From an uncultured Flavobacteriaceae bacterium (GTDB taxonomy: Bacteria; Bacteroidota; Bacteroidia; Flavobacteriales; Flavobacteriaceae), in the NCBI GenBank assembly GCA_963697395.1, contig CAVONX010000021.1:27693-91692 (forward strand): a stretch of 64,000 nt of DNA, given 5' to 3'. A program made the position numbers and the translations under genes. A model generated the notes under the pieces. It searched no databases, was not told the DNA's origin, and saw nothing but the letters and a program-made list of their open reading frames with translations. Shown here one piece after another: positions 55,955 through 64,000 of the stretch (the first letter of the stretch is position 1; every line of letters begins with the position of its first letter).

Positions 55955-57004
55955 TCATAGCTTTCTTCTGGGCAACAAAAGTTCGTGGATGAATTTCATC
56001 TTGTGGATAACCGGCTGTGTGATTACAAAAGGATACACATCTGAAATACCCATAGCCCTATTGATGCTGTTGACCGCATAGGAAATAGGTATGCATACCC
56101 TTACGATGGAATCAAAGTCATTGACGGTATACGGGTCTAATGTTGGTGCTATTTTCCTATTTTCAGGTATGGTTTTGTCGGTTACCTCGAGTCCGAAAAA
56201 ATGGGCGGTCTCTACCATATCCATGATATGTAGGTAATGCGCCCAGGTCTCGGCCCAATCTTCCCAGGGGTGCGAAGTAGCGTATTCACTGATGAACGAT
56301 TGACGCCAATGGTCAGGGGCACCTTGTTGGTAGTAAGTTTGTAATGCATTGTTATAATTGCTTTCCTCGTTTCCGAAAATAGCTCGAAAGTTTTGCAAGG
56401 CATTGAAATCGTTACGCACCAACAAATTCCAAAAGTAGTGTCCTACTTCGTGTCGCAAATGTCCGATTAGGGTCCGATAGGGTTCACGAAGTTCTTTTCT
56501 GGCCTGTTCCCTAAAGGTGGAATCTGCCTCTCTGATAAGTATGGTAATTACACCATCGGAATGCCCGGTCATGATATCGGGGTCATCGTTCTTTGCGATA
56601 AAGTCAAAGCATAGTCCCGTTTCGTTGGTAAGTTTACTTTGCAAATCAAAACCTATTCTTTGCAATTGATAGACCAAACGGTGTTTGGCAACTTCAAGAT
56701 GCCGCCAATTTTCAAAATTTTGGTCAACCGATAGGTTTGCTATGGTTCTGTTGAGTTGGCAGGCAGTGCAGAAATCTTGTGCGGCATATGTTGGTATAAG
56801 CCAATTACAGATACCAAATTGCTCGTTCTTGCAATATTTGTATTCGAGTTGCTCTCCGTCAGAAATCAAAGAAGCACCCCACGGGTCAAACGTTAGCATT
56901 TGGCGGTCGTTGTCACGATAACCTGATAAATGCCCACAATTCTCACATTTATTATTCTCGAAGAATAAGGGGTAGTTGCAATGGCCACATTGAAATACTT
57001 TCAT
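55955..57004 (-). CDS. zinc-ribbon / HExxH zinc metallopeptidase family protein
   Basis: 349 aa. It has an N-terminal zinc ribbon (CGHCNYPLFFENNKCENCGH) and the metallopeptidase motif LRHEVGHYFW. There is no signal peptide. Confidence 0.75.
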   Translation of the reverse strand: MKVFQCGHCNYPLFFENNKCENCGHLSGYRDNDRQMLTFDPWGASLISDGEQLEYKYCKNEQFGICNWLIPTYAAQDFCTACQLNRTIANLSVDQNFENWRHLEVAKHRLVYQLQRIGFDLQSKLTNETGLCFDFIAKNDDPDIMTGHSDGVITILIREADSTFREQARKELREPYRTLIGHLRHEVGHYFWNLLVRNDFNALQNFRAIFGNEESNYNNALQTYYQQGAPDHWRQSFISEYATSHPWEDWAETWAHYLHIMDMVETAHFFGLEVTDKTIPENRKIAPTLDPYTVNDFDSIVRVCIPISYAVNSINRAMGISDVYPFVITQPVIHKMKFIHELLLPRRKL

Positions 57005-57091
57005 AGGTAGGCTTAATTTTCTAACCCTTGAAGTTAGTCATAATTATGGGATGAATTGGAGAAGTAAACTTTAGTTGGAAGAGTTACTACA

Positions 57092-57988
57092 TTATACCGC
57101 CGCCGCAATATCAACGGACACATCCAATTTGCTTTGCCCACTGCCGTACACCACTCCCTTTAACGGAGGAACATCGTAATAATCCCTTCCCCAACCTACT
57201 ACGATATGCTGGTCCTTGGGGATCATATTGTTTGTTGGGTCAAAATCTACCCAACCGAAACCGGGAATAAAAAGTGCGAACCACGCGTGTGAGGCATCGG
57301 CCCCAACCAGCTTTATTTCTCCTGGTGGTGGTACGGTTTCAATATATCCGCTGATATACTTTGCGGGCAAACCCACGGAACGTATACAAGCTATGGCGAT
57401 CTGCGCAAAATCTTGACAAACGCCTTTCTTTTCGCGCATCACTTCCTCTATGGGGGTAGAAACGGTAGAAAATTCGGCATCAAAATCAAAATCGGTATAA
57501 ATCCTTTGCATCAGTTCATAAGCGGCCTGGAAAACGGAACGGTTTCCTTTAAAGGATATTTCCGCATATTCCTTTATTGCGGTATCCGTTTTTCTGACAA
57601 AAATCGATTCCAATAAAAATTGCTTAGCCTCCAACATTTCCGGATGTATTCCCCGTAAAGCCGAAAGCGCATCGTTCATGGTAACAGATTGGCAGGCCGG
57701 ACTGTAAAATGATTCGTGAAATTGGGCATAATCTCTTTGTACGGTGCTTTTTGTAGTGACTTTTAAGGTGGTATGCTCTTTTTTAATGGAAAATCGCGTG
57801 ATATAGTTTCCAAAGAAATCTATGCGTTCCGAAATATCCGAGGGTTCCGGCGCTATTTTGATTTTATAGGCCAACAGTTCTTGCCCCTTGGATTCCCGTG
57901 GCCTTAAGGTCGCAATATTATGGCAATAACTTACCGGGGCGTTGTACTTGTATGTGGTGATATGGGTTACATTAAAAATCATGCTCAA
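57092..57988 (-). CDS. transglutaminase-like cysteine peptidase family protein (short form)
   Basis: 298 aa. It has a Bact_transglu_N-like N-terminus and a transglutaminase core triad: GVCQDFAQ (Cys), SHAWFALF (His) and VDFDPTN (Asp). A 4-nt overlap joins it to the upstream gene. Confidence 0.85.
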   Translation of the reverse strand: MSMIFNVTHITTYKYNAPVSYCHNIATLRPRESKGQELLAYKIKIAPEPSDISERIDFFGNYITRFSIKKEHTTLKVTTKSTVQRDYAQFHESFYSPACQSVTMNDALSALRGIHPEMLEAKQFLLESIFVRKTDTAIKEYAEISFKGNRSVFQAAYELMQRIYTDFDFDAEFSTVSTPIEEVMREKKGVCQDFAQIAIACIRSVGLPAKYISGYIETVPPPGEIKLVGADASHAWFALFIPGFGWVDFDPTNNMIPKDQHIVVGWGRDYYDVPPLKGVVYGSGQSKLDVSVDIAAAV

Positions 57989-60547
57989 ATAGGAAATGAC
58001 TGGTTGAACATTTGATTTTGATTGTCAGTATGGTTGAAATAGGTATTCGATATCGCTTGAGAAGTTTTGTACAACAATGCCGATAGTTGTTTTAGAAGGG
58101 TTTCCAGAGCTTCCCTTCTAAAATCCTTTTCGGATTTTGTTTGGGCCAGTTTGGTTGATTCCGCCAATCGTAGTTTTGAAAATGCCTCAAAGACAAATTT
58201 TTGGTAGTTGCTTAATTGATGGTCTTGCAGGGAATGTGGTAAACGGGCGATATCTTTCTGAATGCGATTGATCATAAAGGTAAGCGACCGCGAATAATCC
58301 ATGTCCAATAACACCAAGTCCAGCACATGCTCTAGCTGAATATGCGAGCGATAGCTGTACCGGTAGATATTAAGACTTTCATGACTGGTCAAAAAATATT
58401 CCAACAAATCGTATTCTACCTGTTCTTCATATTTTATGGATAGTAAGGCGCGGCATTTGGTAATGGTCAAGGTGCTCTGTTCCATTTGCAGACCGATGAA
58501 ATACAATAATAGCCCCTGCTGTACCATGATGCTTTCCTCGATCAAGCCCATAAAGGCAATCAAGCGTGTAATCAATTGGTTCAATACTTTTAAAATACGA
58601 AAGATAGAACGGTCTTCCCCTTCTGTAAATGTGCTCCATGTTTTTTGAATGTTATCGAAAACGCGCCACATATCCGAAGACCATAAATTACGAATGGAAT
58701 AGTAAGAATTAGAGAACATTTGGATCGTATGTGCTAAACTCCCTATTTTATCCGCATCGAGTAGGATCGAAAGCATTTCTGTCATGGGATCGTCCATGGC
58801 ATGGGAACCGTCTTGTGCTTTATCGGTAAAGCCCGGGTAGGTATCCGTTAAATGGGTAACTGCCCTGAAAAGCACCCTCAATTTTTCTGAATCGGGCCGT
58901 TTATCGGTATGCTGAGACAGGGCCATTTGGCGCATGACCACCCTGATAAATCGGGCTGTCACCAGCGTACGACCTACGTAGCGGCCCGACCAAAACAGGT
59001 TTTCGGCCGTAAGGCTGGGCAGATCAGTGAGACCGGAAATAGCGACCGAAGTTTTCTTTTGCCATTGTTTATGGAGTTGTTGCTGTACGGGCGTATCCTG
59101 CACAATCCAAAAATCCTTACTGGTACCTCCACGTTGGTTGGATACCTGCATGGTATCGGCATTGGGCGAAACTCGGACCAACCCGCCTTGCATCACGGAA
59201 TAATCATTTTTGGATGCAGTACAGAACGCACGCGCTACAATATTTCTTGGTTCCAAAGCATTATTGGAAAAATTGGGTGCGGTTGAAAAATTGATACGTT
59301 CTTGTGCCACAAAGCGATAGGGTCTTTCCTGGATTACCTTCTTAAGGGCATCCAATGCTTCCGGATTCAGAAATTCACCAAAGTAGATACTTTCCCTATT
59401 GGTACGGTCGATCCGCTTAACGACCAATTTTGAAAGGTTTTCTAAAACGTAATTCTTTTCATTTTCCTGTCCGCACCACCAAGAGGCAATCTGTGGAAGG
59501 ATCAATTCTTCCTGTAAAAAATACTTCGCAATGGCCGGCATAAAAGGAATTAGTCCTGGGTTTTCGATAACCCCGCTTCCTATTGGGTTGATGACCGATA
59601 CATTTTTTCTTCGTACCACATCCAATAATCCGGCGACGCCCAAATGCGAATCTTCCCGCAACTCTAAGGGGATCGGTAAAAACATCGTCTACCCTTCTTA
59701 AAATGACATCTATCTGTTTTAACCCTTGTAGCGATTTCATCCAAACAAAACCGTCGCGAACTACCAAATCGTTTCCTCGCACTAAGGGATAGCCTAAGAA
59801 AGAGGCCATGTAAGCATGTTCAAAATAGGTTTCGTTATGTGAACCTGGAGTAAGTATTACGATAGTGGGATTTTCCTTTTTTCCGGGAGCTGCATCCGTG
59901 AGCATTTGGGTCAACTCTTGAAAAAATCCAGAATGCCTTTTTACGTTCATTTCAGTAAACATTTCCGGTAAAATCCTATTAATGGTAGACCTGTTTTCCA
60001 AGGCATAGCCCATGCCGGAAGGTGCTTCGGTACGGTCGTTGACTACCCACAATCTGCCATCGGTTCCCCGGCATAGGTCCGCGGCATAGATGGAAAGATA
60101 TTTATCCGTGTTCAGTTCCATACCCGAGCATTGTCTCAAAAATCCCCTGTGCCCGTAGATGACCTCAAACGGAATAATGCCCTCTTTGATCAATTTGCCT
60201 TCACCATATACATCTTTAAGTACCAAGTTCAATATTTCAGCTCTTTGCTTAATGCCCAGGCTTACTTGATCCCATTCTTTTTGATGCAAAACAAGAGGAA
60301 CAACATTAAGGTTCCAAGGGCGGTGCATGCCCTGTGGGTCATTGTATACGTTATAGGTTACGCCGTTTTCCGACAACAACCAATCGATATCCTTTTGGCG
60401 GCTCGTTAAACCGGAAACGCCCAAGATATCAAAGGCTTTGAATAGTTTGTTCCAATAGGGCTTAACACCATTGTCCAAGGAAAAAAGCTCGTCATTCCCT
60501 TGATAGGTACTGTAGCTGCTTAACCAGTTTGTCTTTGTTGTAGGCAT
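57985..60547 (-). pseudogene. circularly permuted ATP-grasp + alpha-E fusion protein, split by a +1 insertion (or sequencing error)
   Basis: The track shows two overlapping ORFs, 59459..60547 and 57985..59685. Homology to 54047..55480 continues across the frame change: ...RRVDDVFTDPL | ELREDSHLGVAGLLDVVRRKNVSVINPIGSGV... Removing one G from the G4 run at 59668-59671 (plus strand) gives one 853-aa ORF. Confidence 0.75.
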
Positions 60548-60558
60548 TTAGTTTTAAA

Positions 60559-63500
60559 TTACTTCTTTCGAAGATCCGTAACATGTGGGTATTCCGGATT
60601 CACGGGTATCTCCTTATATACAAAGGTATCTGAACCAGCCTTTGGTTCTACCATTCTCCCTACAAAATTAGTCGTAGCGACCATTTCCGTCGGTAGTATT
60701 TCTTCTTGGGTCTGTGAAATATCCCAAAAACGGTTGATACGGCGCGATTCTGCCTCTAAACTGTTTACGGGATATGTATCATACGAACGTCCTCCAGGAT
60801 GCGCTACAAAATAGGTGCAACCGCCTATTGATTTCTTGTTCCAATCGTCAATAACGTCGAAAACCAAGGGCGTATCAACGCCAAGGGTAGGGTGTAGGGC
60901 GGACCAAGGTTCCCAAGCTTTAAAACGGACACCAGCTACATATTCTCCTTTAACCCCTGTGGGACTCAACTCCACTTTCACACCGTTACAGGATAGCGTA
61001 TACCTTTCCTCGGTAAAATTAGTAACTTTTACCTGTACCCGTTCCAACGACGAATCTACATAGCGCGCAGTGCCCCTTCCCGACATTTCCTCGCCAAGTA
61101 CATTCCATGGTTCTATTGCCATTCGTAACTCCAATTGCATTGAATTGATTTCTACCATACCGTACAACGGAAAGCGGAATTCAAAGAACGGATCGAACCA
61201 ATCCAGTTTAAATGGATAGCCCGCATCGTTCAATTGGCTGACAATATCTTTGATGTCTTCTTTGACATAATGCTCCATAAGGAATTTATCGTGTAATTCG
61301 GTTCCCCAGCGTACCAAATCATGCTTGTACGGTTTTTTCCAGAACCAGGAAACCAAGGTGCGCACCAATAACATCTGCATTAAACTCATTTGGGCATGTG
61401 GTGGCATATCAAAGGCACGGAGTTCCAGAATTCCCAATCTCCCTGAAGACGAATCCGGGGAATACAATTTATCGATACAGAACTCCGCCCTGTGGGTGTT
61501 TCCGGTAATATCGGTCAGTAAATGGCGGAACAACCTGTCGGTTAACCAAAAAGGAACTTCTTTATCTTCCGGTATTTGCGAAAACGCGATTTCCAGTTCG
61601 TACAGATTTTCCAAACGCGCTTCATCGACCCTTGGGGCTTGACTTGTAGGCCCAATGAATGCCCCGGAAAACAGATAGGAAAGTCCCGGATGATGTTGCC
61701 AAAAGGTCAACAGACTTCGCAATAATTGCGGGTCGCGCAATAGCGGACTATCGGCAGGTGTTATGCCGCCCAAGGTTACGTGGTTTCCACCCCCGGTACC
61801 CGTATGCTTACCGTCCAACATGAATTTTTCGGTGCCCAAGCGAGCTTGTTTCGCTTCGGAATACAAGGTCAAGGTATTGTTGGTCAATTCTTGCCAGTTT
61901 TTTGCCGGATGCACGTTTACCTCTATGACCCCTGGGTCGGGAGTTACTTTCAAGACCTCCAAACGATTATCACGTGGGGGTTCGTAACCTTCCAAAATCA
62001 CGGGAACATTTAGTTCTTTTGAGGTAGCCTCTATGCTGGCTACGATATCTAGGAAGTCTTCGGCACTATCCAAAGGTGGTAGATATAGGAATAGTTTTTT
62101 CTCTCGTACCTCTGCACATAAGGCTGTGCGCACAAAAGGTTGTTTCTTTACTTTGGATGGCCCCGATTTTGAATTCAACCGTTCCTTCAAAGCTTCGCCA
62201 TAGGCAGGTAAAGCAGGTCTTTTCTCAAAAAGTTCTGGTTCTGCGGTGGGTTCCGATGGCACTTCCGGATTTTTGGGTAATGATTCCAAGGGTAATCGTA
62301 AGCCAATTGCAGAATTCCCAGGAGTTAATAACAAGTGTTTGCCCCTAAACTCCCACGGATTGGTTAACCAGCGTCCGTTTTTCTTGACCAATGGAAACAC
62401 ATGGCCCACGGTTTTTCCTATACCCTGTTCTAAAATATCGCCTAATTTTCGACGTAAATGCGTGTCGTCCTTATTGTATTTTTTCGGGTCGATGTCTACG
62501 GGCAATTTATTTTCCTCCCATAAAAAGTAAAAAGCATCCTCAAAAGCCGGCATGATACTTTCATCGGGACACCCTAAAAATTGTGCCAAGGTTTTTAAAA
62601 AGGTTTCCGTAATGTTTGTAGGCAATTTATAGTTCTCCGAAAATGACGCCAATAGCTTGGGGTCTTGCCAAATGCGCTCGCCATCTTTTCGCCAGTGAAT
62701 ACCTATTAGCCAACGTGGTAAGGGTTCGCCGGGATACCACTTTCCTTGTGCATGATGTAAAACGCCGCCTTTTCCAAAAACATTCATAAGTCGCAATGAC
62801 AGCTTGCTAGCCAGTTCGCGTTTATGTTCCCCGTCAGCGGCGGTATTCCATTCTTCGGATTCCATATCATCAATAGAAACAAAAGTAGGTTCGCCGCCCA
62901 TGGTTAAGCGCACATCATTGGCTTGCAATTCTTCCTCGACTACAAATCCCAGATTATAAATGGCGTTCCATTGCTCTTCGGTATACGGTTTGGTCACCCT
63001 AGGGGATTCAAATATTCTTGTGACGGAATTATCGAATTCAAAAGTGGTTTCTGTAGGTTCGGTAAATCCGCTGACCGGAGCTGCACTTTCATAGGAAGGG
63101 GTGCAGGCTAAGGGAATATGTCCTTCGCCCGCCAATAGACCGGAAGTGGCATCCAGACCGATCCAACCGGCACCGGGTAAATAGACTTCCGCCCAAGCGT
63201 GCAGGTCGGTAAAATCTTCTTCTGGACCTGACGGACCGTCCAAGGACTTTTCGTCGGACTTCAATTGTACCAGATAACCGGAAACGAAACGTGCCGCCAA
63301 TCCCAAATGGCGCAGGGTCTGTACCAATAACCAGGCAAAATCCCGACAAGAACCCAATTTGCTGTTCAAGGTCTCTTCGCAGGTTTGCACGCCAGGTTCC
63401 ATCCGCAAGGTATAATTCAAATGATGGTACAAACTGCTATTGAGACCGATGAGGAAATCAATGGTACGTTGAGGGGTCCTATCAATTTTGGACAACCAAT

Positions 63501-63885
63501 CCTGAAGTAATGGGCCGCTATCTACCCTTTCCAAATAGGGCAACAATTCTTTCTTTAAAGCTTCGGAATATGAAAAAGGGAAATTTTCCACGGCTTCCTC
63601 TACAAAAAAATCGAAGGGGTTAATGGTCTTTAGATCCGCAATGATTTCGACATCCACAGAAAGCTCGGTCGTCTTTTCCGGAAAAACGATACGTGCCAAA
63701 TAGTTGCCAAAAGGATCTTGCTGCCAGTTGAAAAAATGATTCTCTGGCTTAATTTTAATGGAGTAGGACTCAATGGGAGTTCTGCTATGCGGGGCGGGGC
63801 GTAATCTAAATATATGGGGAGAAAGGCTGATTGCCCTGTCGTAAATGTATTTTGTCCTATGTCTTATTGCAACTTTTAACGCCAT
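60559..63885 (-). CDS. large transglutaminase-family protein (Bact_transglu_N, transglutaminase core and a DUF2126-like C-terminal region)
   Basis: 1108 aa, beginning MALKVAIRHRTKYIYDRAISLSPHIFRLRPAPH. The core triad is GSCRDFAWLL (Cys), DLHAWAEVYLPGAGW (His) and GLDATSG (Asp). A long C-terminal extension is typical of the ~1100-aa form. Confidence 0.85.
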   Translation of the reverse strand: MALKVAIRHRTKYIYDRAISLSPHIFRLRPAPHSRTPIESYSIKIKPENHFFNWQQDPFGNYLARIVFPEKTTELSVDVEIIADLKTINPFDFFVEEAVENFPFSYSEALKKELLPYLERVDSGPLLQDWLSKIDRTPQRTIDFLIGLNSSLYHHLNYTLRMEPGVQTCEETLNSKLGSCRDFAWLLVQTLRHLGLAARFVSGYLVQLKSDEKSLDGPSGPEEDFTDLHAWAEVYLPGAGWIGLDATSGLLAGEGHIPLACTPSYESAAPVSGFTEPTETTFEFDNSVTRIFESPRVTKPYTEEQWNAIYNLGFVVEEELQANDVRLTMGGEPTFVSIDDMESEEWNTAADGEHKRELASKLSLRLMNVFGKGGVLHHAQGKWYPGEPLPRWLIGIHWRKDGERIWQDPKLLASFSENYKLPTNITETFLKTLAQFLGCPDESIMPAFEDAFYFLWEENKLPVDIDPKKYNKDDTHLRRKLGDILEQGIGKTVGHVFPLVKKNGRWLTNPWEFRGKHLLLTPGNSAIGLRLPLESLPKNPEVPSEPTAEPELFEKRPALPAYGEALKERLNSKSGPSKVKKQPFVRTALCAEVREKKLFLYLPPLDSAEDFLDIVASIEATSKELNVPVILEGYEPPRDNRLEVLKVTPDPGVIEVNVHPAKNWQELTNNTLTLYSEAKQARLGTEKFMLDGKHTGTGGGNHVTLGGITPADSPLLRDPQLLRSLLTFWQHHPGLSYLFSGAFIGPTSQAPRVDEARLENLYELEIAFSQIPEDKEVPFWLTDRLFRHLLTDITGNTHRAEFCIDKLYSPDSSSGRLGILELRAFDMPPHAQMSLMQMLLVRTLVSWFWKKPYKHDLVRWGTELHDKFLMEHYVKEDIKDIVSQLNDAGYPFKLDWFDPFFEFRFPLYGMVEINSMQLELRMAIEPWNVLGEEMSGRGTARYVDSSLERVQVKVTNFTEERYTLSCNGVKVELSPTGVKGEYVAGVRFKAWEPWSALHPTLGVDTPLVFDVIDDWNKKSIGGCTYFVAHPGGRSYDTYPVNSLEAESRRINRFWDISQTQEEILPTEMVATTNFVGRMVEPKAGSDTFVYKEIPVNPEYPHVTDLRKK

Positions 63886-64000
63886 GAAATGTTATGATTA
63901 ATTTTCATCTTAATATACCTTACAATATTGGTAATATCTAGGTTTTAGTGAAAATACTTTGAACTAAGTTATTCAAAAAAATGAACAAGGTGGAGTTGAG

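Noticed and set aside
57985-59685. The track's 566-aa ORF starting MFLPIPLELRED as an independent alpha-E gene
   Set aside because: Its first ~110 residues continue the ATP-grasp homology of the upstream ORF in another frame. The Met is fortuitous. The two ORFs are better explained as one gene with a one-base insertion.

Overview
This is a low-GC, lipoprotein-rich chromosomal segment. It reads like a marine Flavobacteriia (Bacteroidota) genome: it has a T9SS PorP/SprF gene, a Y_Y_Y/LuxR PUL-type regulator and many Cys-lipobox signal peptides. The taxon call is inference only.

Contents from left to right:
(i) 1-3748, minus strand: an H-NOX signalling operon encoding a receiver, H-NOX, a multi-PAS histidine kinase, Hpt and a LytTR regulator.
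(ii) 4800-10004: two tandem 730-aa TPR/LytS-type kinases followed by one LytTR regulator.
(iii) 10.2-20.4 kb: an accessory-looking block of cadherin-repeat lipoproteins, orphan secreted or membrane proteins and several broken reading frames.
(iv) 20641-41291: a ~21-kb beta-1,3-glucan (laminarin-type) utilisation locus. It has a GH16, three GH17 domains, a GH30, a GH149/GH94-like phosphorylase candidate and CBM/PKD lipoproteins, but no SusC/SusD pair. In that position there is a 1066-aa clan-GH-A glycosidase fused to a porin-like C-terminal half. The locus also has an MFS permease fused to a cytoplasmic GH17 domain. I consider these two fusions the best candidates for something undescribed.
(v) Miscellaneous genes: an orphan PorP/SprF, a TAT-exported GH109-like oxidoreductase, a CrtI-family oxidoreductase, an ALDH, a broken PKD lipoprotein gene, TonB and a Na/Pi cotransporter.
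(vi) 52915-63885, minus strand: an 11-kb cluster of transglutaminase-like, circularly permuted ATP-grasp, alpha-E and zinc-peptidase genes. One of these genes is split by a one-base insertion.

I recognised no rRNA, tRNA, CRISPR array, transposase or integrase. All family assignments come from motifs read by eye. No database search was possible.
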